Shown: in pieces, positions 21,001-32,752 of the stretch
How positions within the stretch are numbered: position 1 is the first letter of the stretch
How the letters are laid out: every line of letters begins with the position of its first letter
Source: Amoeboaphelidium occidentale
Taxonomy: Eukaryota
NCBI GenBank assembly: GCA_023515795.1
Contig: JALGPX010000045.1
Coordinates: 1-64,000, forward strand
Direction of reading: 5' to 3'
DNA: 64,000 bases
Made by a program: the position numbers and the translations under genes
The notes under the pieces: generated by a model
What the model saw: only the letters and a program-made list of their open reading frames with translations
The model's database searches: none
Told to the model about the DNA's origin: nothing

Positions 21001-23942
21001 CTTCTTTACAGCAGAGATGTTGGCTAGCACCGAAACTCCTTTCTTTGAATTTGCTGCACTCAATGCTTCTTCTTCTTTGAGTTTGATTTCATTAATATTG
21101 ATTTCGTCATATATCTTTTCCAAGAAGTCTCTTGGTAAATCTTTCCCATCACTTATACCCCTATTATTCTTAATAAAATCATCTTTCGTCATTCTCCGCT
21201 TGACCTGGGGATTGTGCAAGTCTGTATTTAACATGATTGTTGAGTAAGATAAAACATAAGCAGTCTCGGCGTTCACAAAGGAGCCAGGATTGTCCGTCAA
21301 ATATCTTTCGGCAAATTTCAACATGAAACGATCAATCTTTTGAGCTTCTCCTGGCAAACGGAAGGCTTGCAAGAACTTTCTCAAAGCATCTACGAAATCT
21401 AACTCTCTGAAATTCATTAAATCAACAAAGTGATGCATAACTTGAATGTTAAAATCGTCGCCTTCTCCAAGGTATTCACCAATGTTCTTCTTGTTTAACT
21501 GCGGAGTATAGAGCAAAAACTTGGCCAACGATTGCGGCGACTTGTCAATGATTTTGTGCTTTTGCAAATGCTGAATACCCTTCTTTATCTTCCAATTGAA
21601 GAGCTGAATACCTTCTCTAGTTGCTTGCTTCATATGTTTCATTGATTCAAACATTGACAGGTCATCATTATAAGCTGGACTTTTGTCTTCGGCATTCTGA
21701 GAAGGTCCAGTACCAGATGGCGTTGATGGATCTTCTGGATGCAAAGACACAGATTTCTTTCTACCAGTTTGGCCAATACTACTCGACGGTGCATAGCCAT
21801 GTCTGTACAAAACCAAAGCTTGAAGAATTGTAACCAAACATTCAAGCGCTCTGAATTTCACAGATTGATCTTTATCCTTTTCCAAATTATTCAGCATGCC
21901 AAGAGAAACAAGTGCAGGAACAAACGGAATCGGCGGAAGAATTGAACCCAGCATTACAACATTATCTTGTCCTGAGTCTTTCTGTAACCCTGAAGCAGCT
22001 TTCGACATGCTTCTTCGATGCTCAGTAAAGTTGGATATTGATGACACTACACTTGTTCCACTACCAGCACCAGGCGACAAGTAAACATTTTGTACGACCT
22101 GAGTTTGCGTGTGGAAATTGTAGGAGAAGAGACCAACATTCAAATCATTGAATAAGCTCTCTACAGCAGGAGGCAAGGGAGGAGCCGTTTGAAGCAACTT
22201 GAAGCTCGTAACTTGGTTCTGATTAGCGGTATTTCCGGGAACTGAATGTGATATTGAACCGGTGAGTATTTTGCTTAGAATATTGACCAAATGTTCATAC
22301 AAATTATCAACAGCTTTCGTATCACAATCATAATTCAAAAAGACCTCAACCAGAGCATCAGGATTACTGATAATAGAGCTAAGTGCTTTCAAGATAGACA
22401 GTTTCTGATTGTACAAAAGGCTGTTCATGAATAGTAGCGTGTTTCCGGTGTAAGCAGTAAACGGAGGATTGAAAGAAGGTGTAGTCAAAGGGTTTTCTGC
22501 TGGAGCTGAAATCCCACCCTTTTCTAAAATCGGAAAGAAAATATCTGTGAAGAATATTTCAATTTCCTTCTTCAACAAATGCCTCATACCATTCACCAGG
22601 CGAACAAAAATGTCCAAGCTTCTGTCCAATACTTCCGGTACAATAGAGAGCACATTTCTGCTTAAACTTGCAAGCAAGTACTGTTTCACAGCTTGAACAA
22701 AAGTTGTAGAAGAAGTCGCATCCTTGTCAGCAGCATCTTCGGCTGATCCATTAATCAACTGAACTCCCTCCAGTTGACATTTGCTAGAGACAACATCGAA
22801 ATGCTCTCTAACAATCATAGCAAGAAGTTCCAATGAAAGAATCTTGCTTTTCAGGGCCAATGGATCCTTCTTCAAGCCATCAATATCCGGTAAAGGCTTC
22901 ATGCTCAGCCTACACAATGCCCTGAATACCACAAATCCATCCCAAAGATAAACCTTTTGCAACTGATCATGTGACGCACTTAGAGATGGGGTACCCAATG
23001 TGGTATTAGTAGTTGTCACAGGGCTACGGGGAGATTCAACATTTGTCTTTTCATCATCAGTAACAACATTCAGAACAGTTTCAATGATACTGGATGCAAC
23101 AATACGAGCATGCTCTTCATCTTTTGGAGGCGGAGGCGGAGGAGGCTGCTCTTCTACTTCTGGTGATTTGATGGCTGCACCAGAAGACGATTTCTTCAAA
23201 GTGTCCCCCTGCCCAGATCCATTTCTAAATGAATTATAGTCCCCCTTGAATTCCTCAGGTATCTTGATACGCTCAAAGATGCAATTAATTATCTGCTGTA
23301 AGATACTCTTTGCGACCTGCTGGTTTAATTTCTTCTCTTTTGCATTTGGCTGTAGCAAATAGATGTTGTAAGCATTTCTAACAATTTTCAACAGAGCTTC
23401 ACCATGAGGTGCTGTAGCATTCGTTCCATTCGTTAGTACAGCGGCCTGAAGTGCCTTGAAGATTTGCAGTAACAATTTATCAGAATCATCAGAATTATAA
23501 GTCGAAGCAGAGGAATAAGAATTCGTTATTAAATCGATTGTCCTATTCAAAGCAGCGCTGTTCTGGATAAAGTTGTACTGAAGCAATTTGCTAAGAATAT
23601 CCAAGGCGGTCGTCTGCTGAGCCAAAGTCGGTTTGAATCCTTTGTCTGACACAAGGAATGTCTCCAACAGGTTCAGCAAGTCATCGATGGATCGCTGGTT
23701 GATTTCACTTTTGGAAGCCTCTGGAATGTTAAAAAAGATACCTAAAAGACTAATAGAGTATTACCAATTAAGGAATTCAGTGAATCTCTTGCAGCTTGCA
23801 GTCCCTTATTTGACTTGGTCTCCTTCAGTCCCAGTAGAGAAGTTAATGAAGTTGTGATAAACAAGTTATTATTCGAAATCTGAGTTTTAAGTGTCGCCGG
23901 TGTTGCTGTTGCTGCGTTAGGCGTCGGTGTCTGAGTGCTCAT
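18002..23942 (-). CDS. SEC7: Large ARF guanine nucleotide exchange factor Sec7/BIG
   Basis: Sec7 motif FRLPGEAQKIDRFM, NYDCD (HUS box), FKFQKDFLKPF, WLNTT, and QENDTLA restored by intron 19076-19042; first intron 23764-23721. Confidence 0.95.
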
Positions 23943-24172
23943 GCCGAAGGTCCAGATCAAGAGTGTCAGAAAAATTGCTATTCGCGAGCAAACAAGTAAA
24001 GCAAGTGGCACTCGTTTCAACTTTACAAACGCGGTCAAAAAAGTACGGCAGTATATTCGTTCCTTCGCAAAGATTTTCACGTAAACAGCAGGATAATTTT
24101 AGGTTTAGAACTTCACAGAGCTTGAAACTATTTATATCTCTCTTCACAATAACGATTTTCCGAGAAAGCACT

Positions 24173-24871
24173 ATGAACGGTATATACTGTACTAACACTC
24201 GTAGCGACGTAGTTGATGCATCATCCTACGGTCGCCCACAGCGCAAAGCAAAGAATCAATCTTCTGAGCAGTCTCGTCCTTGTCCAAACGAAACATGCAA
24301 CAAGATCATGACACTTAATGATAACTACTGCAATAAGTGCGGTACTTGTGTCAATAAGAAATACTCAAACTATGGCAAATTGAATCCTGTAACTGCTGCA
24401 CACTTGAGACGACAAGAAGAAGCAACACACCCTGTACAGCATACAATCAGAAAGAAGCGCTCATATCCTGCAGCTATTCTATCCGGAGCCAGCACACCTG
24501 TTCCATATGGTGCCTACTACTATCCTCCAACATCTGCTGTTACAACAGTAACACACACTCCCGAGGTTGGATTACGCGAGAGTGTCGCTTACGAGCAGAA
24601 TTGGTCACAATGGCACAACAATGTTGACAAGCCTATGCACCAGCAAGCATCACAGCCAGTTCTCACGGAAGATCAATACACCGAAGAGCATTATCAACAG
24701 ATTTACAAGGAGCTGAAAGAACTAACATCAGCTTCGGATCAATGTCCAGCACAAGAATCATCCTACTTTGGCTTCAATACGGCACCCTTTGAAATGCCAT
24801 CTCTTTACAACTCAGTATCGACAATGCTCAGTCGAAAGTCATCAAAACGCGATAGCATTCTCGCATTTTAG
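24173..24871 (+). CDS. Hypothetical protein with a zinc-ribbon-like CPxxxC...CxxC motif
   Basis: ATG 24173; CPNETC..DNYCNKCG followed by a low-complexity Q/S/T region. Confidence 0.6.
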   Translation: MNGIYCTNTRSDVVDASSYGRPQRKAKNQSSEQSRPCPNETCNKIMTLNDNYCNKCGTCVNKKYSNYGKLNPVTAAHLRRQEEATHPVQHTIRKKRSYPAAILSGASTPVPYGAYYYPPTSAVTTVTHTPEVGLRESVAYEQNWSQWHNNVDKPMHQQASQPVLTEDQYTEEHYQQIYKELKELTSASDQCPAQESSYFGFNTAPFEMPSLYNSVSTMLSRKSSKRDSILAF

Positions 24872-24943
24872 ATTTCCTAATAGATCTTGTTTCAGTCCTT
24901 ATCGGAACTTCACTTCGACTCCTGTAACTTGTTTGCTACAACA

Positions 24944-25925
24944 ATGACAACCAGTGAAACAGCTACAGAACATGATAACTCCATATCATTTATTCCTGCA
25001 GTAAGTTCATCATTGAAAGATACTCCAGTGCATAAAGAGGCTAAAAGTGTATCAGCCAGACCAGCTGAAACAGCTGAAACAGCAGCAGAATCCACCATAG
25101 CTGCGAACCATTCACACTTTCCCGAACGACAACAAAGAAAGAGAAAACAGACTGAAAGATTTGATATTGACTCGTTTGCTCAGAGCAGCACAGTATCGAA
25201 GGAATTGGTGGTTCCCGAAGGTAAAGGAACAAAACTTGGCTCTATTGAATACATAAATGATCAATTAACAAAACGCAAAGGCATGGATGATACGCTACGC
25301 AGCCTGCATAGGTTATAATTAAATGATCTCCTTGCTAATCTGTAGGATCGTTTATCACGGTGCACCAGTTAACAAGACAAAAGTCAAGGCTAATTTGCGC
25401 CTATTCAACGGATTTCAGGAGTCACAACTCAAGGATGCAGCGTTTTTAGAAGGAATTAAAGAAAAATTTGGCAAATGGTTAATGGCAGGCCTGAAGGAAG
25501 TGTGTGAGATTTTTGGGCTAGAAAAGAGTGGCGACAAAGATAAAGTTATCGACAGAATCGTTGGCTTTCTAACAGCGCCGCATGAAACAAAGAAACTTTC
25601 GACTGTTTCAGAAAAGTTGAAGAAAAAGAACAAATCTAAGGGGCCTAAAGCTGCAAAGAAACGCATCGCTACAGCTGAAGAAGACGAGACAGATTCCGAA
25701 CCTTCTCAGGATGATTCTGATGATGATGAAAGAAAACCCAAAAAGAAGAAGGCCAAGAGGAGTTCACCAACAAAAGCAAAGAAGGCAAAGAAGAGCGACT
25801 CATTAAGCGCAGAATTTGTTGATGATTCCTCAGATGATGAGACAAATCGACTATTTCTGAAACCACCGACCGTAATACCTTTAGAAACAGCAGTAGCAGC
25901 TCCAGTTGAAGGAAAGGAATTGTAA
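24944..25925 (+). CDS. DEK-like chromatin protein (pseudo-SAP/SAP core)
   Basis: RKRKQTERF, EGKGTKLGSI, LRSLHRIVY (across intron 25312-25345), KANLRLFNGF, LKEVCEIFGLEKSGDKDKVIDRIVGFL.AP; acidic/basic tail. Confidence 0.85.
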
Positions 25926-26044
25926 CAGGTTAATAAAAACATCTTGACTTGAAAACCACAATACAGCTTGTGATATTTTTCCGGAGAATCGGTAAACTGC
26001 GCCACATTATTTCGCCTTGTGTTGAAAAAATATGTTCATCTCAA

Positions 26045-27373
26045 ATGAGAATCGCGTTTTTGACCATTGGAACGCGTGGTGATGTTCAGCCGTATCTTCT
26101 GTTGGCTGCGTACATGCTAAAACATTTTGCTGGAATGTACAAGCCAGTCGTGATTACCAATCCAAATTATCAAGGTTGGGTTGAATCTAAAGGTGTTGAG
26201 TTCATCTCAATGGCTCCGAGCAATATCAACACTGATATTGATGAAGAAATATCACGACAAGACAGAGTCGAAGCAATTTACAGTGGCGATAATTTTGCTT
26301 TCTTCAAGAGTTTGGAGACTCCTCCTGAAGAAGAAGACGCCGTATTCGAAAAGATGTTGGAAGCGTGCCGTGACGCAGATGTTATTGTGGCAAATGTGAT
26401 GACCCTTCAGCATGCGATGGTAATTGGTGATATTCTCAAAAAGCCGGTTGCCCTTTGGTTCTCCTTTCCTTATCACTCTACTAGAGAAGCACCTCATTTT
26501 ATGAGCCCTCTTCCAAAGCACAGGCTCTTCAACCGTGTAAGCCATCGTATGATGAACTATCTGTCCCACAAATTCGGCCCAGGCAAGAGCATGAATCGTT
26601 GGAGACAGCAACACGGTCTTGAGCCTATCGTTTCTGCATCTGAGTTTCAGCAAAGAATGGAAGCGCTTCCAGCATTCTACGCGTATGATAGCCAAGTTGG
26701 CTTGCAAGCAAAGGACTGGCCTAAGAATGTGAAAGTTGGTGGTTGGATTTTAGATCAAGCTGAAACTGAACTTGAACCAGAATTGTCACAATTCATTTCT
26801 AAAGAGAATGATAAACGTCCCGTGGTTTACATTGGATTTGGAAGTATGCCAATAATTAAATCTGAAAAGTTTCCTGCTTTCCTTGAAGAATTTGCTGGTC
26901 TGGTGAACGGGAAGTTCAGAATTGTTTTGTTCGTTGGAGGATCAACTCCTGGAGTGGCCTTCAATGATAATGTTGATTTGGATGACAGGGACTTCATTTT
27001 CCCCGTCGTTACAGTTTCTCATGCTGATCTATTTCCAAGGGTTGACTTGGTTGTTCATCATGGTGGTTCTGGAACAACTGCTGCAGCATTGCACTCGGGC
27101 ACTCCATCTACAGTTGTTGCTTGCTTTGGTGATCAGCCTTACTGGGGAGAACAGACACGTAAACAGTTTGGAAAGTGTGCACCTGAAGTTTTAACGGTTA
27201 AAACCATGACACCGCAGAAGCTGTTTAGGGTTATCGAGCAAGGTCTGAAAATGGAAAGGAAGCACGCTCAACAAATTGCTTCCAAGTTGAAGAAAGATGC
27301 TTACGAAGAAGCTATCAAGTTCATCTCTGAAGCAGCTGGAACAGGAGCACAAGAAGAAGTTCCTGGTCACTGA
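26045..27373 (+). CDS. GT1 glycosyltransferase (sterol glucosyltransferase-like catalytic domain)
   Basis: MRIAFLTIGTRGDVQPY, VYIGFGSM, HADLFPR, VHHGGSGTT, FGDQPYWG. Confidence 0.92.
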   Translation: MRIAFLTIGTRGDVQPYLLLAAYMLKHFAGMYKPVVITNPNYQGWVESKGVEFISMAPSNINTDIDEEISRQDRVEAIYSGDNFAFFKSLETPPEEEDAVFEKMLEACRDADVIVANVMTLQHAMVIGDILKKPVALWFSFPYHSTREAPHFMSPLPKHRLFNRVSHRMMNYLSHKFGPGKSMNRWRQQHGLEPIVSASEFQQRMEALPAFYAYDSQVGLQAKDWPKNVKVGGWILDQAETELEPELSQFISKENDKRPVVYIGFGSMPIIKSEKFPAFLEEFAGLVNGKFRIVLFVGGSTPGVAFNDNVDLDDRDFIFPVVTVSHADLFPRVDLVVHHGGSGTTAAALHSGTPSTVVACFGDQPYWGEQTRKQFGKCAPEVLTVKTMTPQKLFRVIEQGLKMERKHAQQIASKLKKDAYEEAIKFISEAAGTGAQEEVPGH

Positions 27374-27452
27374 ACTCTGCGTTCTTAAACGCTTTAATTG
27401 AGCTCAATAAAGAAAACATCGAAACTAAAGCGTGAAACCTCTTTTTTAACTC

Positions 27453-28757
27453 ATGACGAGCTTTACGAAAACTACAACAGAAATTTCAACAACGGCAGCA
27501 ACGACGGACGAAGAACAGCCCGCGCCAACCACTTCGCCTTCACAAAAGGAATCTCCTGCTAAGAGAAGAGGATATCGTTTAGCTACGGAAATTGTTCATT
27601 TGGACTCTGCGCAACAGCAATCGCAATCGCAGCAAGAGAATCAACATCAGACTAATCGACACTACAATGCATCATCCATGCCGATATACCAAACAGCCAC
27701 ATTCTTCCAACAGTCTGCCAATGGTTCACAGGAGTACGATTATTCTCGATCTGGAAATCCGACAAGATCGCATGTTGAACATCACTTGGCTAAATTGATG
27801 AGAGCGTCTTCTGCTTTTGCGGTATCATCTGGAATGTCTGCGTTGGATATTATCCTGAGACTTTTAAAGTCTGGTGATGAAGTTGTTGCTGGTTTGGATA
27901 TTTACGGTGGCACGCAGCGATTATTGACTTTTATATCAACTCAGAATAACGTTAAAATTGTTCACGTGGACACGACGATCGTTTCAAATGTTGTCGATGC
28001 AGTTAATGAACGGACTCGCATGGTTCTGCTGGAAACTCCGACTAATCCGTTAATTCAGATTGTCGATTTGAAGGGAATTTGCGACGGTGTAAAACAGAAG
28101 TATTCGGATTGTTTAATTGTTGTTGATAACACAATGATGTCTCCGTATCTGCAACGTCCGCTGGAACTTGGTGCTGATATTGTATACCATTCTGGGACAA
28201 AGTATTTATCCGGTCATCATGATTTAATGGCAGGTGTTATTGGAGTTAAAGACGGAATTATTGGGGAACGTATTTACTTTTGTATCAACGCAACTGGTTG
28301 TGGTCTGGCTCCTTTCGATTGCTTTCTCCTGACTAGAGGTATTAAGACTTTGGCTGTGCGGATAGACCGACAACAACAGAACGCCATGAAAATTGCAAAG
28401 TTCTTGGTAGAAAGAGGGTTTAAAGTTAATTATCCTGGAATTGAAAGTCATCCTGGTTATGATGTTCATCGCAAACAGGCAGATGGTCCAGGTGCTGTTT
28501 TAAGTTTTGAGACTGGATCCATAACTCGAAGCGAGATTATCGTCGAAGCCACTCGTTTATGGAGTATATCTGTTAGTTTTGGCTGTGTAAACTCTCTCAT
28601 ATCTATGCCATGCAGAATGTCTCATGCTTCAATTCCCGAGAAAGTAAGAAAGGAACGCAAGTTGCCGGAAGACTTGATCAGACTTTGTGTTGGTATTGAA
28701 GATGCAGATGACTTAATTGAAGACTTAAAACAAGCTATCAAAAAATCTGCACAATAA
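27453..28757 (+). CDS. STR3: Cystathionine beta-lyase
   Basis: PIYQTATF, YDYSRSGNPTR, ETPTNP, DNTMMSP, HSGTKYLSGHHD (PLP lysine), VSFGCVNSLISMPC. Confidence 0.92.
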   Translation: MTSFTKTTTEISTTAATTDEEQPAPTTSPSQKESPAKRRGYRLATEIVHLDSAQQQSQSQQENQHQTNRHYNASSMPIYQTATFFQQSANGSQEYDYSRSGNPTRSHVEHHLAKLMRASSAFAVSSGMSALDIILRLLKSGDEVVAGLDIYGGTQRLLTFISTQNNVKIVHVDTTIVSNVVDAVNERTRMVLLETPTNPLIQIVDLKGICDGVKQKYSDCLIVVDNTMMSPYLQRPLELGADIVYHSGTKYLSGHHDLMAGVIGVKDGIIGERIYFCINATGCGLAPFDCFLLTRGIKTLAVRIDRQQQNAMKIAKFLVERGFKVNYPGIESHPGYDVHRKQADGPGAVLSFETGSITRSEIIVEATRLWSISVSFGCVNSLISMPCRMSHASIPEKVRKERKLPEDLIRLCVGIEDADDLIEDLKQAIKKSAQ

Positions 28758-28779
28758 ATCTAGGACCTTTGGATCTATT

Positions 28780-30312
28780 TTAGTCGAAAAAAGGATTGTT
28801 GCTAGTCGCGGCACCAGTTGTTGCTGGTGCAGGCGCTGCTTTAGGAGCATCATCAAAGAATGGATTATTAGTAGCAGCAACAGGGCTCGGTTGTAACACC
28901 GGATAAACACTTTGAGTAGTTGCAGGAGCTGGGCTCGGCTGTAAAGTAGAAAAATTATTTCCAGCTGCGCTATTTGTTGTTCCAGTAGTCGGCCAGTCGT
29001 CAGTAAAAGGATTGTTGTTCACATGCTGAGATTCAAAGTTAGCAAAGAGAGTCTGTGACTGAAACGAAGAATTCTGAGTCGAAGAGTTTGCAGCAGCAGC
29101 GGCAGCAGGAGGCTCAAAGAAAGGATTGTTTCCTTTGTTTGAAGGTAAAACGGATGCCCTTTGAAAACTGTCAGCATTAGAAGCAGCCCTTGGAATAGAA
29201 TCAGCCGGTTTTCTCTGAGGAACATTGTCAGCTGTAGCATGTCTACCACGAATTGTGTTCTGCTTTGATGCTGCTGAAAAGTTTGGCTCCCTTAAAGAGG
29301 AAGGATCCAAAGTCCTCGTAGGACTCTTAGGTGCATGGTCTTTGTCCTTCGAGGTTCTTTTATCATTTAAATCTTGAGTGTAGAAATTTCTGTACTCAAG
29401 AGGCGCAGGAATCATATCGCCAGTTCCCTTTTTCTTAATGAACAATTGTATATCAGATTCGACGTCACACTTCTCCAAAACTTTTCTCAAAGTCTCATTA
29501 GTTTCATCTTCAGAAATGCAAAGAGTGCTATTGGCATTAGCATATGTCCACAGAGCATTGCGAACGTAATCAATTCTACTCTCTTCTAATTTTTGAAATT
29601 CTTCGCAAGCCGCGTACATATCCTTCATCCATGCAGTGTGAACTTCACGTAATTTCTCAACGGCTGACTGATACTCAGCATCCGCTTGTTTGGACGCTTG
29701 TTGTGTTGATTGAATCTTCTTGTCCAACTTCTCAAGTTCTTTTGGATTCTTTTGAGAATTTCTCGTATTACTCAACATATCCAATTCTGCGCATTTACTG
29801 TTATACTTTTCTTCAGCTTTAATAACATTTTGAATCTGATTCTGTTTTGCCTTTTGGGACTTTTCTACAGCATTTTGATGCTATACATCATGAGAATGAT
29901 CTTGTGACAAAACTTACGATCTTTCTGGAATCACGCTGCTGGTTATTAAAGGCATTCATAGGTTTATCGATCTTGCTTCTGATATCTTCTGCAAAGATTA
30001 TTCTAGACTTGGCATGAGTCTCCAATTGCAATCTGAATGCTTCAAGAGCATCTTTGAGAGTACCGTCTTCACCACTAGCAAGACCCTGACTCTTTGTCAA
30101 TTTAAGTAACTTCTTTGCATATTCCTCCTCAAGATCAGCTCTTGAATGTTAATACCATCACCAAAAGTAAAGAACCTTTGCTGTAGAACAACTTGCAATT
30201 CAGCCATAGAATGCTTAGCAACCTTCATTCGTTCCATCAGCACTTGGAACCCTTCATCATCATTCCCCCAGAAACAGTCTGCAAGCTTTTTTGGAACTTC
30301 TTGTAAAGCCAT
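28780..30312 (-). CDS. F-BAR protein (Cdc15/PSTPIP/pacsin-like) with NPF-repeat tail
   Basis: FWG..D.GFQVLMERMK, QRADLEEEYAKKL (intron 30175-30141), intron 29917-29881, FQKLEESRI, FIKKKGTG; four NPF motifs. Confidence 0.88.
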
Positions 30313-30345
30313 AAACACTTTTGAAACAGAAGCGATGCTATCTAT

Positions 30346-31494
30346 TTATATCGCATTGGTCGCAGCAGAAACTGTGACGCCTTCAACACGTTCAACATCT
30401 TGCAACTGAATTCCTTCCTTCACTTCCAGCTCTTTAACAGCTTTCTTCATCACCCTGTAAAAATACCAAGAACCTGCCAGAGCTAAAAATACAGCCACAC
30501 CAATGATGCATAATTGAACAATTTGCACAGGCGACATTTTACTGCGACCCGCAACTTGATCTTTGGCTGCTTCAGTCAGATTATTCACGATAAATATGTC
30601 CGAGAGCTGATTAAGAGTTGATCCCAACCATGCATGAATAAAAACCTTTGGTAATGCAATTGCTGTCGTTTTGTAGAATTCCCAAGAAGGAATTGCTGGA
30701 ATTTGAGCCAGAAGAACATTCATGATATTATTAGGATAAGGTGCAAGTTTGATAAGGAATAGAAGTCTTGATAAACGAGCAGGATGTGCCTTGAAATGCG
30801 CTGTAAGCACACGTGACATTTTCTTCAACTCGTCTTCTCTATAATTTTCGACTTGATTTTCGGGATCTCTTGTATCAACTGATCCTGCTTCGCTGCTAGA
30901 GTCAAAGGCATCAGATGGTCTTGTCTGTTCAGTGCATGTAGTGATATCTTTGTTTGAATTCACACCACTCTCTGACGACGATACATTTGTACCAACTTTT
31001 CGTGCCAAGTAGAAACAAAGACATGAGCCAATAAGAGCAAAAACGTAGTTAACGAAAAATCCCAAAATGACTCCAAAAATGTATCCGCTGAGAACAAGTA
31101 AGAAAGAGTATCCGATGATAGGAGGGAAGCATGTGCATGATATCAGAATACCATAGAGATATACCGTCAGGTTTTGGTTTCTCCTAACAAAATCAGCAAA
31201 TGAATATATCCATGGAATCAACTGGTTCTGGCACACAATCGCTAGTACACCAACAACAACAGAGATCAATATCATGATCAGTAGAAACTGTACAGAGCGT
31301 GAAGTTGTGAGTGTATGCCAAGCCATCTGAAGTGTTCCTCTTTTATCTGTCGCATGGGTACTTCTTGTTGGTGGTTCTTGCGACGTTGAAACCTCCGGTT
31401 GATCAGAATTTATGTTTACAGACGTGGATTCTCTGTTCTCGCACACAATTCTGTCATTATCAGCTGCTTGATCTTTACTTTCCGTAATATCCAT
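30346..31494 (-). CDS. TVP38/TMEM64 (DedA / SNARE-associated) Golgi membrane protein
   Basis: FPPIIGYS..LVLSGYIFG..LGF, LFLIKLAPYP, FYKTTAIALPKVFIHAWLGS. Confidence 0.85.
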   Translation of the reverse strand: MDITESKDQAADNDRIVCENRESTSVNINSDQPEVSTSQEPPTRSTHATDKRGTLQMAWHTLTTSRSVQFLLIMILISVVVGVLAIVCQNQLIPWIYSFADFVRRNQNLTVYLYGILISCTCFPPIIGYSFLLVLSGYIFGVILGFFVNYVFALIGSCLCFYLARKVGTNVSSSESGVNSNKDITTCTEQTRPSDAFDSSSEAGSVDTRDPENQVENYREDELKKMSRVLTAHFKAHPARLSRLLFLIKLAPYPNNIMNVLLAQIPAIPSWEFYKTTAIALPKVFIHAWLGSTLNQLSDIFIVNNLTEAAKDQVAGRSKMSPVQIVQLCIIGVAVFLALAGSWYFYRVMKKAVKELEVKEGIQLQDVERVEGVTVSAATNAI

Positions 31495-31727
31495 TTTCTT
31501 ACAGGCGGCTTATAGAGTTGAAACAAAAAGACAAAGCATGATGACTCTTGCCCTTATCTCAACGCTCAATCATTGGTTCTTCCATGATTTCCAAGATCTC
31601 CAAAATCTAAAGAATAATACACGGCGGGCAAAAGGTAGAGAGAAAGGTAGGCTAAGAACCAAAAGATCAATTAAACGCATATATTCCTCTTTCATTATGG
31701 TGCAGTAACAATCAATTTGTAGTTCGT

Positions 31728-32678
31728 TTACATATTCTTTATATCCGACAATCTGGCCCTAACTGTAACCTGAATTTTACGCTCCTTGCCAATATCAATT
31801 TCGTTCGTTTTTAACTCAAATTATCTACCACGCTGGGCATCTGTAACAATAATTGCATCTGCCAAGACTACAGAAAGTTTCTTGAAGCAAATGTTCAACG
31901 CAACAGCAATAAAATGAATGCAATTAACACACGAACTAACTCCTCCACCAGACTTCTTGACCCCCGCAATTGAAAGACAAACAGTGTCGTCATTAAAGAA
32001 ATCCATGCTGCCTTCGCCGCCAACTTCTACACAAGGAATTAAAGAATCAATCCCACCTGACTTCCATGCCAGAATCATCATTCCTAACCCTCTGTGGCTA
32101 TCAAGACAGGCATATTGCGCTTTGACATCGTCCAATGGGGTTTCAGCATATTTTAACATTTCTGAAACAGCTTTTAGGTACTGATCACTTTCGCGATCTT
32201 GTCCTGCTGTGGGTTCAAGTTGCTGTTTGATATACTTGCACTTGTCATTGTTGTAATTCAAGGCATTCAGCTCCTCCAAACTACCAACTTCCCAAAGACC
32301 GTGTACCTTCTCAATCTTCTTGATTAGCTCCTCCTGAAACTCCAATGCAGACTCGCGACAAAAGCCCATCAGTTGGCCTAATAATTCACGGGCCAAGTCC
32401 AATGTCGAAATATTCGCTGGGTTTTCACTACAGTGGCGCTTAGCTTCCGCAAACTTCATGGCCAAGTCGGACAATCTTGAAACTGTCAAAGAACTGCGGT
32501 ACTTTTCACCGTACTTCATGGAAAGCAAAGAACGAACAGCATCTTCGACAATCACCTCCTCGCAGTTCATTGTTTCGGTGAAAACATGTGTTGCATAATT
32601 CACGTTGAACATATCATGTCGATTGAAGGCGTTTCGGCGTGTCTCCCGGAAACGCAGGAGAGCTGGGCTACGAAGCAA
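31728..32678 (-). pseudogene. Probable relic of a PD-(D/E)xK nuclease-fold / effector-like gene
   Basis: No ATG at the 5' end of the open frame; TAA at 31821-31823 followed by 30 more open codons; degenerate motif VEVGGEG...SIAGVKKS. Confidence 0.4.
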
Positions 32679-32752
32679 TATAATCCATGGTGGTAATAAA
32701 GCACATCTGTTGCCATAATTTCGCTTGAACTGCGTGATATCACCTTTAAAAT

